Shown one piece after another: positions 1 through 10,522 of a DNA stretch of 64,000 nt. The position numbers and the translations under genes are program-made. Below the pieces are notes generated by a model. The model was given only the letters and a program-made list of their open reading frames with translations, was not told the DNA's origin and searched no databases. Within the stretch, counting starts at the first letter, position 1. Each line of letters starts with the position of its first letter. Origin of the DNA: Candidatus Gottesmanbacteria bacterium (GTDB lineage Bacteria; Patescibacteriota; Microgenomatia; UBA10105; UBA927); the NCBI GenBank assembly GCA_016218255.1, contig JACREN010000037.1, forward strand, positions 1,514-65,513, written 5' to 3'.

Positions 1-555
1 GTTGCCAAAACTTATCCTCCTGTTACCTCGTATGGTTTTTCAAAACTTATCGGTGAGCAATATTGTCGTGCATTTTGGGATGAACACAAGTTGCCATACA
101 GCATTTGCCGCCCGTTTAACGCATACGGGATTAATGAATTTCCTGGCGATGAAGTGGGGTATGCCCACGTAATTCCTGATTTGGTGAAAAAAATATTGAC
201 AGGTCAATATCCCCTTGAGCTCTTGGGAGATGGATCGCAGATTCGGTGCTTTACCCATATTTCGGATTTAGCAGATGGTATTATTGCCGTCTCAGAAAGC
301 GAAAAGGCAGTGAATGAAGATTTTAATATCGCAGATCCCAGGCCGGTGAGAATGAGCCAGCTGGCACGACTACTATGGAAAGTGAGCGGTCAAACGAAGG
401 CCCTTAAGATTCAATACGTCTCTGGGTTTGAATTTGATATTAAAAAGCGAATACCAGACATTCGGAAGATCAAAAAAATTATCGGGTGGCAGACTAAGGT
501 GCCCCTGGAGACCGGACTTAAAGAAGTTGTTTCATGGCTTAAACATACTGTATGA
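1..555 (+). CDS. NAD-dependent epimerase/dehydratase (extended SDR), 5'-truncated by window edge
   Basis: Frame is open from base 1 (VAKTYPPVTSYGFSKLIGEQ, YxxxK catalytic motif); also RPFNAYG, GDGSQIRCFTHISD and RIPDI motifs. Confidence 0.85.
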   Translation, partial: VAKTYPPVTSYGFSKLIGEQYCRAFWDEHKLPYSICRPFNAYGINEFPGDEVGYAHVIPDLVKKILTGQYPLELLGDGSQIRCFTHISDLADGIIAVSESEKAVNEDFNIADPRPVRMSQLARLLWKVSGQTKALKIQYVSGFEFDIKKRIPDIRKIKKIIGWQTKVPLETGLKEVVSWLKHTV

Positions 556-1841
556 GTACAAAAAAAACAGCTGCCGTTATTGGCATCGGTCGGGTTGGTT
601 TGCCTATGGCGCTGTACTTGGCAGAAGCAGGGCTGACTGTGTACGGTATCGGCAGATCACAGGAAAAAATTGATGATATCGGTGCCGGGAAAATGCCGTT
701 CATGGAGAAAGACGGAGAGAAATTCCTCAAAAAACATGTCAATAAGCGGTTTATACCCACAACAGATTATTCCTTCGTGAGTCATGCCTCTTATATAATC
801 CTAACCCTCGGGACTCCTATTGATGAAAACATGAATCCCGTATATGACCAGATCGATGCGGCTATCACAAGCATCGCTCCGTATCTGAAAAAGGGTCAGA
901 CGATGATACTAAGGAGTACCGTGGCTCCAAAAACGACAGAATACGTGCGTTCTTTGCTTGCGGATCTGCGCGGAATAACGGTCGGAAAGAATTTTTACCT
1001 CGCTTTTTGTCCTGAACGTATTGCGGAAGGGTATGCGTTGGAAGAAATGAAAACACTGCCCCAGATTGTTGGCGGTTCTGACGGGCCAAGCACTCGGAAG
1101 GCAGTGGAGTTTTTTAAGCGGATCGGCGTCCAGACACTTGCCACCGATGCTGTGTCGGCTGAGTTGGCCAAATTATTTACCAATATGTACCGGTATATCA
1201 GTTTTGCCATAGCAAATGAATTTATGGTGATAGCCGGAAATTATCACAGGGATATATATGAGATTGTTCGGTTGGTTAATACCGGGTATAAGCGCGGCGG
1301 ACTCAAGCTTCCGGGTCTTACCAGCGGACCGTGCTTATTCAAAGACGGATTTTTTCTTATTTCTGATCTTCCGTTTGCGGATCTTATTTCTACTAGTTGG
1401 AAAATAAATGAATCGACACCTCTGTTTTTGGTAAAGAAGGTTAAAGAGCGTATTAATTTGAACGGAAAAAAGGTTGCGATACTGGGATTGGCCTTTAAAG
1501 CTGAGATAGATGATATCCGGGAGTCGCTGAGTTTTAAAATCAGAAAAGCGATGCTGCGTGAACGGGCGGTGGTCACTCTGCATGACCCGTTGGTTCAGGA
1601 ATACGCGAATCAAGAAATTACAAGAGACGTCTATGAAGCGGCGAAAGGCGCAAATGTACTTTTTGTTGCGACAAATCATTCCGCATATGGATTGTTGGAT
1701 TTGAAAAAATTGAAAAAGACGGTCGCAAAAAATTGCATCTTTTGTGATGTTTGGAACGTATTCGGTACAAATAAAATCGTTTTTACCATAAATCAACTAT
1801 ATAAAAACGGAACGAAGAGCAATGAAGAAAACGAAAAATAA
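552..1841 (+). CDS. Nucleotide-sugar dehydrogenase (UDP-ManNAc/UDP-glucose dehydrogenase family, WecC-like)
   Basis: GIGRVGLP Rossmann motif, LRSTVAPKTT, AFCPERIAEG, AELAKL, SGPCL catalytic Cys, GLAFKAEIDDIRES. Confidence 0.88.
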   Translation: MSTKKTAAVIGIGRVGLPMALYLAEAGLTVYGIGRSQEKIDDIGAGKMPFMEKDGEKFLKKHVNKRFIPTTDYSFVSHASYIILTLGTPIDENMNPVYDQIDAAITSIAPYLKKGQTMILRSTVAPKTTEYVRSLLADLRGITVGKNFYLAFCPERIAEGYALEEMKTLPQIVGGSDGPSTRKAVEFFKRIGVQTLATDAVSAELAKLFTNMYRYISFAIANEFMVIAGNYHRDIYEIVRLVNTGYKRGGLKLPGLTSGPCLFKDGFFLISDLPFADLISTSWKINESTPLFLVKKVKERINLNGKKVAILGLAFKAEIDDIRESLSFKIRKAMLRERAVVTLHDPLVQEYANQEITRDVYEAAKGANVLFVATNHSAYGLLDLKKLKKTVAKNCIFCDVWNVFGTNKIVFTINQLYKNGTKSNEENEK

Positions 1842-3060
1842 AAGACTCCGAATTTTGTTTGCGACATTTTCTCCCTATCGAAACGGAAAGCGCGAATCTA
1901 CCAATGGCAACGTAGAGCCAATGGTGAAGTATTTTGGGCCGCGAGTATCCAATTTTATCCTTTTGGATCAGCCGCATACCGGCAGCGATGAGATAATCCC
2001 GCATGTTGAAGTTTATAAATCGAGAAAACGAAAAAAAGCATATATTTTGAACATGTGGTATCTCCGTCCGCTATATTGGGTATTGGGGCGAATACGAACA
2101 ACTGATGATGATACAAATCTGTTGTTTAAGATACGAGATATTTTGTCTGTTTTAGCGGTGAGAATTCAAGAGGGAGGTTACTTCGATGTATTTATCGGAT
2201 TTGAATCGGTAAACGCTTTGGCAGGAATTATATTGAAAAAAGTTGGTTTGGTAAAAACGGTCGTGTATTATGTGTCAGATTACTCTCCGGTGAGATATCA
2301 AAATTCGATGTTTAATTTTTTTTATGTACTTTTGGACAGAATCTGCTGTTATTGGTCAGATTATATTTGGGATGTATCCAGGGCTATGCATCCCGCGAGA
2401 ATTGAGGCGGGGCTTATTGCAAATAAAAGCGCACCCGTAGTTCATGTACCGAATGGTTTGGAGAAACGATTCATTCGGCATATTTCTGAAAAGCATCGCA
2501 TCCCTCATTCGTTGGTATTTATGGGTACCCTTGGTATTGAGAATGGACCGGATATCGCTGTGGCTTCACTTCCTTTGGTCTTGAAAAAGATTCCAGATGT
2601 TACGCTTCATATTATCGGCAAAGGTGATAAAGATCTTGAACGACTTAAACGCCTGGCCATGCAAGCGAACCTGGAAAATCAAATAATATTTGATGGGTAC
2701 ATTAAAGACACCGATAGAATGTTTGCGACGATTCGTCGGTTTGCATTGGCACTTGCCCCGTACAGAAAAATAAAAAATTCCGTGCGATGGTACGGGGATT
2801 CCCTCAAGCTACGTGCATATACTGCAGCAGGCGTGCCGGTGATTGTGTCGTCTGTGCCTCCGCTAGGCAGAGAACTTGCAGATATCGGCGCGGCCATAGT
2901 TGCAGAGGATTCTGCCGAGGGCTTTGCGCGTGAAATTATCAGAGTATTTAATGACGAAAGAGCTTATAGCGGATTAGTAAAAAGCGCGGTAGAATACGGA
3001 AAACATCAAGCTTGGGAGCGTACGTATTCGCAAGCCATGAAAGAAATGCCTGTGTTATGA
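1822..3060 (+). CDS. Glycosyltransferase family 4 (GT-B)
   Basis: HVPNG, LVFMGTL, LHIIGKG, KLRAYTAAGVPVIVS C-terminal GT4 motif. Confidence 0.8.
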   Translation: MKKTKNKRLRILFATFSPYRNGKRESTNGNVEPMVKYFGPRVSNFILLDQPHTGSDEIIPHVEVYKSRKRKKAYILNMWYLRPLYWVLGRIRTTDDDTNLLFKIRDILSVLAVRIQEGGYFDVFIGFESVNALAGIILKKVGLVKTVVYYVSDYSPVRYQNSMFNFFYVLLDRICCYWSDYIWDVSRAMHPARIEAGLIANKSAPVVHVPNGLEKRFIRHISEKHRIPHSLVFMGTLGIENGPDIAVASLPLVLKKIPDVTLHIIGKGDKDLERLKRLAMQANLENQIIFDGYIKDTDRMFATIRRFALALAPYRKIKNSVRWYGDSLKLRAYTAAGVPVIVSSVPPLGRELADIGAAIVAEDSAEGFAREIIRVFNDERAYSGLVKSAVEYGKHQAWERTYSQAMKEMPVL

Positions 3061-6000
3061 ACACAATATCAAAGATTTTTTTAGCTGTTGCACTCTTTGC
3101 TGTGGCTTTTTTGCCGTTGACCTGGATCCGTGGTGGAGAAATTCTTTTGGGGTATGATAACGTATTTCCCGTACAGGCAAAAGCATTTCTTTTTGATCGA
3201 CTATTTTCCTGGTCGGAAATTCAGAATTTCGGCATGGATCAGTCGGGTATACAGGGCAGTTTAATCATTCACGCCATTGATGCATTGCCGCAGCTTTTGG
3301 GGGTGCCAGTTGTGTTGGGTCAACGATTTGTATTGATATTTTGGTTTATTTCCATAATTGGTGCGGCGTACGTGTTTGCAATAAAGCTGGAGGCGAGTAA
3401 ATTGATTCGCGTCCCGTACTTTCGGTATTTTTTTCCGCTTCTTTACACAGTTAATTTTTATACTCTTCAGGCGTGGTGGATCGCGGAACGGACGAAATTT
3501 TCCCTCCTAGTGGCAACTCCGCTGATTTTGAGCATATTGCTTCCCTGGCTTAACGAGTCGTTTTCTCTCCGCCGGGTTATTTTGACGGCATTGGCTGCAT
3601 CAGGTATTTTGACATTCTTTAACGGTGGTGGATGGATGGGTTTGTCTCTGTATGGCGGCTTGCTGGTGGCGCTGGGAATTTTTTACGTTCTGAACGTATA
3701 CATTTTGCTGGCGCAGAGAAAATACCGTGATATTTCGTTATTGCACGTCTGGTTTCTGTTGTTTGGCTTATTCTTTATTACCTTTAACGCATATACATTT
3801 CTACCCTTTTTAGCCCGTACGGTAAAAGGCTATCAGACTTTTTTGGCATCTGCGGGAGGGGTAAGTGGAGTGTTAGGCTGGACGTTATATTTGAGCGAAA
3901 ATACCAGCTTTATGCATTTACTGCGTTTGCAAGGGATTCCTGACTGGTACAATAACGGATCATATCACCCGTACGCCAATATTTATTTAGACAGGCCAAT
4001 TTTTGTTATCGGAAGTTTTCTATTTCCTTTATTTGCTCTTATTGGCCTTAAGCGGTATGGGAAGGAATTCGTATCGCTGACAGTATACTTTTTGTTTCTT
4101 GTCGTACTTGGGTTGTTTTTTACCGCGGGTTCCCATCCCCCTCTGGGTTTTATTTTCGAGATTTTGATGCAGAGAATTCCTGGTTTTGTACTATTCCGTT
4201 CACCAATTTATAAATTCGGTTATGTGTACTGGTTTGCGATGAGTTATTTTATAGCACTTGGTCTCTCTGCAATAGTGGCGTTGTTGGTGCAAAATATTAA
4301 AAAGCGATTCAACAATTTTGCCAGTGATTGGTTTGCCGCTGGTCTAACGGTGTTAGTTATGGGCTCAATTCTCGGTTACCATTTCCCGTTTATTACCGGA
4401 GATTTTTTTCGGATGAGCGCTGCATCGTTTTCATCCCGAGTCATAATGCCGTCGCATGTGAGCGATTTTTCTGAATGGTGGGCACATGAAGGCGCTGGCA
4501 AAAGGGTATTGTTGCTACCGAAGCTTAATGATAATTGGTTATTTGAACAATATCGATGGAAATATCTCAGTTTGTATCCGGTTTTAGGAAATTTTGGTAA
4601 TACCGGAATTGTCGAGAATTTGGATAACTTATCGCCTCAAGAGAATCACCTGATCGGTTTATTATACCGTTCGATTGAGAAGCGTCAGTACGACGTCATG
4701 AATATGGTGAGTCATCTGCTGGGAATTCAGTATATGCTTTTGCGGCGCGATTTCTATTATGATTTTCCCGATCAGGAAGCGATACGTCCGGAGTCCATAA
4801 ACGAGATACTCAAAGAAAATGGGCATGTATCGCTAATCAGATCGTTTGGTCCGTGGGATCTTTGGGGGTATTCAGACGCGCGTTCGGTGCTGCAGTCTGT
4901 TGCTGTTTCTGAGGCCGCATTCTCTGACGTCAATCGGGCGATTTCAGTTGGTGATGTTCTCCCGTTTTCATTATATCTAGGGGATGAATCATATGGACTA
5001 TCTACTCACGATTCGGGAAATCAGGTTGATGTTTATGCAACTTGCCTAAGTTGTGTAGCGGAGCGAGAACGGGTATCAGTGCAGTTTCCTGCTGCAAGAG
5101 TATTACCTGATTCACCCCTCTATCCGCTGGTTGAATGGAAAAACAGTATGCTCAGGGTGAAAAAAATAGGTGAGCCGTATCTCTACAGTCTCCTCGGTGA
5201 GGGTCTAAAAAAAACTACGGAGTTAACTGTGTTAATCAATCGTGGGCAGTCCGTATTTCTTCAACAGGTTGCACAGGCTTATGTAGCTATACTTGATGAA
5301 CTCATTACAAAATTTGACAGTGCGATTCTGGAATCACAGAATCCGTATGTGTTGTCAAGCGCGGTGAATGAGTATATCGGAGCTCAGCTCTCTCTGTTGT
5401 CACCTTATCTTTTTTCGACAAAGAAGGAAGATATCCAATCTGTTCAGGAGGTGTTGGGGAAATTGAGTGAGTTGAGAGAAATGGCAATGGGTTATTATAG
5501 CAGTAAAGATTTTGGGAAAAGAAAATTGTTCAGTCCAAATATCAGCAGTCCCGGCATGTATACAGTGGCAATCCGTAACCAAGATGCGCGCCCGAAAGAG
5601 ATACGGGTAGATGGTACAGTCGTCAACTCACCAGTTTATCTAGACGAGGGGAAACACATAGTCGAAGCAGTTTATGCTGAACCGGGTAGTCATCTTACGG
5701 CGTTTCAGTCCGCTGAAATTGCCGGAAATCAATGTTTTGCCTCTGAGACAACGGAATATGATAGAGATTCTCATTACCGTCTGCGATTTGATACGCTTAA
5801 AAATTTGGGAAAGCGGTTTTTCTTTTTTATTGACGTCGGAGATTCTTTCTCTCCTGTTGTATCGTTTCAGATAAGTGATGTAACAAACGAAACCGGAGGA
5901 TTTGACACGGTGTTTTCTTCTGGAGTGTTTAACTCACTCGTGAATGTAAAAAAGTTGCGTTTGGCATTTTGCGCACCGTTATTAACCAAGGAATTATTTG

Positions 6001-6422
6001 ATGAAACAGTAAGGAATTTTTCTTTTATTCGACTTACAGACCCCCTGGTTCGATTGGAGAAAAGCCGGACTGCCTCGTTTACTGATGAAAGGCCTACGGT
6101 GTCATTTCAGAAGAATGATCCTACATCATACTCCGTTACTATTCAGCAGGCGAGCAGCCCATATTTTTTGGTTCTGAATAACCGTTTTGACCGCGGTTGG
6201 AAAGTGCGTATGGCCGGATCAACGGAAGAAGTAGCTGAAGATAATCATGTGCTGGCCAACGGTATCAGTAACGCATGGCTGATAGAGCGGACGGGATCCT
6301 ATCAAATGACCGTTCAGTATGTCCCTCAGCAGTTTTTTTATCGGGGTATATGGATAAGCATACTATCAACGATATCAGGTGTATGTATATTTATTGCGCT
6401 TCGAAAGAGGAAACCCATATGA
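3057..6422 (+). CDS. Large multi-pass membrane protein, GT-C type (AftD/YfhO-like) with large extracytoplasmic region and C-terminal TM anchor
   Basis: ATG at 3057 overlaps the upstream stop (ATGA); about 12 hydrophobic segments, FRSPIYKF, then a soluble region ending PTSYSV...FLVLNNRFDRGW...ANGISNAW...YVPQ plus one TM helix. Confidence 0.65.
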   Translation: MNTISKIFLAVALFAVAFLPLTWIRGGEILLGYDNVFPVQAKAFLFDRLFSWSEIQNFGMDQSGIQGSLIIHAIDALPQLLGVPVVLGQRFVLIFWFISIIGAAYVFAIKLEASKLIRVPYFRYFFPLLYTVNFYTLQAWWIAERTKFSLLVATPLILSILLPWLNESFSLRRVILTALAASGILTFFNGGGWMGLSLYGGLLVALGIFYVLNVYILLAQRKYRDISLLHVWFLLFGLFFITFNAYTFLPFLARTVKGYQTFLASAGGVSGVLGWTLYLSENTSFMHLLRLQGIPDWYNNGSYHPYANIYLDRPIFVIGSFLFPLFALIGLKRYGKEFVSLTVYFLFLVVLGLFFTAGSHPPLGFIFEILMQRIPGFVLFRSPIYKFGYVYWFAMSYFIALGLSAIVALLVQNIKKRFNNFASDWFAAGLTVLVMGSILGYHFPFITGDFFRMSAASFSSRVIMPSHVSDFSEWWAHEGAGKRVLLLPKLNDNWLFEQYRWKYLSLYPVLGNFGNTGIVENLDNLSPQENHLIGLLYRSIEKRQYDVMNMVSHLLGIQYMLLRRDFYYDFPDQEAIRPESINEILKENGHVSLIRSFGPWDLWGYSDARSVLQSVAVSEAAFSDVNRAISVGDVLPFSLYLGDESYGLSTHDSGNQVDVYATCLSCVAERERVSVQFPAARVLPDSPLYPLVEWKNSMLRVKKIGEPYLYSLLGEGLKKTTELTVLINRGQSVFLQQVAQAYVAILDELITKFDSAILESQNPYVLSSAVNEYIGAQLSLLSPYLFSTKKEDIQSVQEVLGKLSELREMAMGYYSSKDFGKRKLFSPNISSPGMYTVAIRNQDARPKEIRVDGTVVNSPVYLDEGKHIVEAVYAEPGSHLTAFQSAEIAGNQCFASETTEYDRDSHYRLRFDTLKNLGKRFFFFIDVGDSFSPVVSFQISDVTNETGGFDTVFSSGVFNSLVNVKKLRLAFCAPLLTKELFDETVRNFSFIRLTDPLVRLEKSRTASFTDERPTVSFQKNDPTSYSVTIQQASSPYFLVLNNRFDRGWKVRMAGSTEEVAEDNHVLANGISNAWLIERTGSYQMTVQYVPQQFFYRGIWISILSTISGVCIFIALRKRKPI

Positions 6423-6796
6423 ACATTTTTGTCCGAATATCTCAAAGATTGCTTTTAAGGATCGGGCAGAACGCGCCGAGAATTCTCGTTATGTCGCTGC
6501 TGTTTTCTGTTTTGACATTCGCTTCCATTGCAGTGCCGTATATAAATATTTTTCTTTCCCCAAAAATCATTCTAGCAGTGGTATTTGTGTGCTGGTATAT
6601 GCTTTTTTGCCCTCCTGCCCGATTGCTGGAAAATCTTTCGATCGGAGTAGTATTGTGCGCAATGACCGTCACGGTATTTCGTTTTTGGGAAATCGCTGAG
6701 TGGTTTGGGGAGTTTTTATTTATGCTGCTCTTTCTTATTGCGCTCCGTTATTTAGGCATGTTTATTTCTCGATTGCGGTATTCACATGAAGCGTAG
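6419..6796 (+). CDS. Small membrane protein (about 125 aa, about 4 TM)
   Basis: ATGA overlap with the upstream stop; almost entirely hydrophobic. Confidence 0.6.
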   Translation: MNIFVRISQRLLLRIGQNAPRILVMSLLFSVLTFASIAVPYINIFLSPKIILAVVFVCWYMLFCPPARLLENLSIGVVLCAMTVTVFRFWEIAEWFGEFLFMLLFLIALRYLGMFISRLRYSHEA

Positions 6797-8351
6797 TTTT
6801 TTCTTTTCGGTTTTATTCATTATCATTGTGTATCGACCGTGGTTTGCTTTCAACCGTGCGCTTTCAGGAGGAGATTGGCCGTATGTATACCGTCAAAGCG
6901 CTGAATCCTTTCCTCTATTGGCCGGGAAAGGGTATCTTTGGTTGGACACCTATTTCAATATTGCTGCAAAATTCGGTATGCAATATTTCGGACTGTCCTG
7001 GGAATTGACAGAAAAGATTTTTTGGTTTTTCCCCTTTTTATTGATAGTTTTAGTAAGCTCCTGGTATTTCTTGAATGAGGTATTTTTGTCAGAGCGTCGA
7101 GATATCCGCGCTGTGTTGTGCGGCATTGGGAGTATAGTATACTCTACTAATTCATACATTCTCATGATCGCTGGTGGTGGGCAAATGGGTGTAGCTATGG
7201 GATATGCACTAGCCCCTGCTGTGATCGGTGCATTACGTCGTCGTTCCTCTGTGGTTTCTGTTGGATTATCCGCTCTACAGTTAATGTTTGATCCGCGTCT
7301 GTTTATAATTACCATTATCGGATATACCGGAATAGAAGTTATTTATTCCTCTGTTGGGCACGGTCAACTGAAGCGATCAGCGACTCTTTTGCTTATCGTG
7401 GTGTTTTTTACTGTGTTGCTTAACGCCTTTTGGATAGTCCCAAATTTTTTTGACTATCGTGGTATGTATGAAGGTGCTACGCAAGGAGATACACTGTCAT
7501 ATTTCAGTTTCGCTACATTTTCTAACAGCCTCGCTCTGCTTCACCCGAATTGGCCCGAAAATATATTCGGTAAAGTGGGATTTATGAGACCGGAATATAT
7601 TTTTGTTGCGGTTGTGGCATATTCAGGGATCGCATTATTGCGGAAGGGGAGACATGGTGCTCTGATCGCAGCTTTCGCGGCAATTGCTTTAGCTGGTGCA
7701 TTTTTGTCAAAAGGGGTACAGGACCCTGCTGGAAGTATATACCGTTTCCTCGCGAAGATCCCGGGGTTTATGGTATTCAGAGACCCGACAAAATTTTATC
7801 TTCTTACCGCCCTTTCCTACTCGGTGCTTATACCATATAGCGTTTCGAACGTTTTTCGAAAAATATGGCCGGTTACTGCTATTCTATTTCTGTTTTTTTG
7901 GAGTGTGTTAAGTTTTCCGGCCCTTCGAGGTGATTTAGGTGGCACATTTGCCCCAAAGTTAGTGCCTGCTTCGTACACACGCCTTTATGATTGGCTAGTG
8001 GCCCGACGTAATGCTTCACATATATTATGGATTCCCAAGCATCAGAGATTTGGCTATGCAACATTGACACAAAAAGCGATAAGTAGTCAGGATGAAATAG
8101 CAGATGTGTCTCCGAACGAATTTGCCGATATTCTAAATAGCGCAGAAGGGAAGAAAATGATCACAGAAAGGGGCATCGGATTATTTATTATACCCGCAGA
8201 TTCAGAGAAAGAGATTTTTTTGACAGACCGTTCATATGACGATGCGAAGCGTAAAGCGTGGATATCTGCGATCGATACGGTGAATTGGGTAGAGAAAATA
8301 ACTATTCCCGGTGTCGCGGATTCGATTACGGTTTATAACGTGGTATACTAA
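6786..8351 (+). CDS. Multi-pass membrane protein, GT-C type (AftD/YfhO-like)
   Basis: GGDW after TM1, about 11 TM segments, LLNAFWI and FRDPTKFY motifs paralleling 3057-6422. Confidence 0.6.
   Translation: MKRSFFFSVLFIIIVYRPWFAFNRALSGGDWPYVYRQSAESFPLLAGKGYLWLDTYFNIAAKFGMQYFGLSWELTEKIFWFFPFLLIVLVSSWYFLNEVFLSERRDIRAVLCGIGSIVYSTNSYILMIAGGGQMGVAMGYALAPAVIGALRRRSSVVSVGLSALQLMFDPRLFIITIIGYTGIEVIYSSVGHGQLKRSATLLLIVVFFTVLLNAFWIVPNFFDYRGMYEGATQGDTLSYFSFATFSNSLALLHPNWPENIFGKVGFMRPEYIFVAVVAYSGIALLRKGRHGALIAAFAAIALAGAFLSKGVQDPAGSIYRFLAKIPGFMVFRDPTKFYLLTALSYSVLIPYSVSNVFRKIWPVTAILFLFFWSVLSFPALRGDLGGTFAPKLVPASYTRLYDWLVARRNASHILWIPKHQRFGYATLTQKAISSQDEIADVSPNEFADILNSAEGKKMITERGIGLFIIPADSEKEIFLTDRSYDDAKRKAWISAIDTVNWVEKITIPGVADSITVYNVVY
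8341..8349 (+). promoter_or_regulatory. Extended -10 promoter (TGG-TATACT) 7 nt before ATG 8357
   Basis: tggtatact-aattttt-ATG. Confidence 0.5.
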
Positions 8352-8356
8352 TTTTT

Positions 8357-9304
8357 ATGTCAGATCCAAAGACATGTCTAGTAACTGGGGGTGCTGGTTT
8401 TATCGGATCTCATCTTTGCGATTCTTTATTGTCGGCGGGATACAAGGTGTTTTGTGTTGACAATCTACTAACGGGTCAAGAAAGTAATCTAGATGATGCA
8501 AAAAAATTTCCTCTCTTTACGTTTATTCGGTACGATGTAATTAAGGAGCTTCCGATTCTAGGAACCTTGGATTATATTTTCCATTTAGCTTCGCCAGCTT
8601 CGGTAGTGGATTATCAGCGATTTGCGGAAGAAACGGCTCTTGTGAATTCTATAGGTACGAGAAATTTGTTAACTGTGGCAAAAGCACATAAGGCAAGATT
8701 TTTGTTCGCCTCGACGTCAGAAGTTTATGGCGATCCGAAAGAACATCCGCAGAGAGAAACCTATTGGGGTAACGTAAACCCTAACGGTGTACGCGCGTGC
8801 TATGATGAAGCAAAGAGATATGGGGAGATGATGGTGAAGCTCTATTATCGTAAGCATGGAGTAGACGGAAGGATTGTCCGGATTTTTAATACCTACGGAC
8901 CACGCATGAAAGAAACCGACGGCAGGGTGGTTTCTAATTTTATAACCCAAGCACTTGCTGGTAAACCGCTGACAATTTACGGTGACGGTAAGCAAACCCG
9001 TTCCTTTTGTTACGTTTCCGATCTTGTTGATGGTATTATGCGTGCAATGTTCCGGGACGGACTTTCGGGGGAAGTTTTCAATATAGGAAATCCTCATGAA
9101 TTTACCATGCTGGATTTGGCTAATAAAATACAAGGAATGGTCGGTTCTGCCTCTCCCATTGAACATGGAAAGTTGCCTGAAGATGATCCTGTGCAGAGGC
9201 AACCGGATACATCAAAAGTTGAAAAAATGTTGGCATGGAATGCCAAAGTGTCAATCGACGAAGGCTTGAAAAAAACCATCGAGTTTTATAAAAATCTTCC
9301 ATGA
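8357..9304 (+). CDS. UDP-glucuronate decarboxylase (UDP-xylose synthase family SDR)
   Basis: TGGAGFIGSHL, HLASPAS, ASTSEVYGDP, YWGNVNPNGVRACYDEAKR, RIFNTYGPRM, DGRVVSNF, DDPVQRQPD. Confidence 0.88.
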   Translation: MSDPKTCLVTGGAGFIGSHLCDSLLSAGYKVFCVDNLLTGQESNLDDAKKFPLFTFIRYDVIKELPILGTLDYIFHLASPASVVDYQRFAEETALVNSIGTRNLLTVAKAHKARFLFASTSEVYGDPKEHPQRETYWGNVNPNGVRACYDEAKRYGEMMVKLYYRKHGVDGRIVRIFNTYGPRMKETDGRVVSNFITQALAGKPLTIYGDGKQTRSFCYVSDLVDGIMRAMFRDGLSGEVFNIGNPHEFTMLDLANKIQGMVGSASPIEHGKLPEDDPVQRQPDTSKVEKMLAWNAKVSIDEGLKKTIEFYKNLP

Positions 9305-9522
9305 AGGTCCAGGATATTCTGTTTATTGTGGCTTTAGTATTGTTGTTGATGAGCCGCCGTCCCATCTGGTATGTTTGGGCTGGCTTGGTAAGTTTGATTT
9401 TGGCGATACCGCTGTTTTCTGGATGGATTTTTTTTACCGCAGAACGCCTGACGTGGTACGCAGCCGGTTTTTTTGCTGTTTATCTTCTGTTTTTCTTTCA
9501 TAGTCTTCATAAGGTACAATAG
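9301..9522 (+). CDS. Small membrane protein (73 aa)
   Basis: ATGA overlap, hydrophobic, fills the gap between two operon genes. Confidence 0.6.
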   Translation: MKVQDILFIVALVLLLMSRRPIWYVWAGLVSLILAIPLFSGWIFFTAERLTWYAAGFFAVYLLFFFHSLHKVQ

Positions 9523-9526
9523 ACAA

Positions 9527-10522
9527 ATGAACATTCTCATAACCGGCGGAGCCGGATATATCGGTAGTCATATGGCCCGGATGCTATCCAAATACGATCA
9601 CTCAGTTGAAGTCATTGACTCCATGGAAAATGGTCATAGATCGGCTTTACCGGTGAAGGTCGTTATTACAGTAGCAAATATATCTGATAAAAAGGCTTTG
9701 GATACTATATTTTCCGCCACTCCGATTGATGCGGTTATACATTTTGCGGGATATATAAACGTTGAGGAATCAGTGCGTGATCCATACAAATATTTTTCTA
9801 ACAATGTTTTGAACTCTATGAATTTACTTGAGGTGATGGAAGCCCATGGGGTGAATAAGATAATCTTTTCATCCACGGCTGCGATATATGGTACGCCGCA
9901 AACAGAAAAACTAGCTGAGAATCATTCTAAGTTGCCAACGAGTCCATATGGGTTATCAAAGTGGAATTTTGAAGAATTGTTGCGGTATTTTGATCAAAAA
10001 GGAACTATACGGTCCATCAGTTTACGGTATTTTAATGCCGCAGGAGCAAGTTTAGACGGAGAGAATGGTGAGGATCATGCGCCGGAATCACACATTATTC
10101 CGTTGGCACTGAAGACCGCTTCTGGAAAACAGAAAGAGTTCTATCTATTCGGTACACAATATCCGACTCGAGACGGATCGTGTATACGAGATTATATCCA
10201 TGTTGAAGATTTGTGTAGAGCACACTTGCTTATGCTGGAAGCACTTGCGGCTGGTCATGGTACCGACGCATATAACGTTGGCACTGGTGATGGTGTTTCC
10301 AACAGGGAAGTAGTCGGAGTTGTTAAGAAGGTGACAGGTGTTGATTTTTCGGTTGTAGAGAGCGATCCAAGGCCGGGAGACCCTCACACGCTGGTAGCCG
10401 ACGTCACGAGACTTCAGAGCGAATTTGGCTGGAAGCCGATCCATTCGGATATAAAATCGATTGTGGAAAGCGCATGGAAGTGGACATCTGGGCATCCCAA
10501 TGGTTATGAAGATAGGCATTGA
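9527..10522 (+). CDS. galE: UDP-glucose 4-epimerase family protein
   Basis: MNILITGGAGYIGSH, HFAG, FSSTAAIYG, SPYGLSK, LRYFNAAGA, DGSCIRDYIHVEDL; TACAAT 6 nt upstream of ATG 9527. Confidence 0.9.
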   Translation: MNILITGGAGYIGSHMARMLSKYDHSVEVIDSMENGHRSALPVKVVITVANISDKKALDTIFSATPIDAVIHFAGYINVEESVRDPYKYFSNNVLNSMNLLEVMEAHGVNKIIFSSTAAIYGTPQTEKLAENHSKLPTSPYGLSKWNFEELLRYFDQKGTIRSISLRYFNAAGASLDGENGEDHAPESHIIPLALKTASGKQKEFYLFGTQYPTRDGSCIRDYIHVEDLCRAHLLMLEALAAGHGTDAYNVGTGDGVSNREVVGVVKKVTGVDFSVVESDPRPGDPHTLVADVTRLQSEFGWKPIHSDIKSIVESAWKWTSGHPNGYEDRH

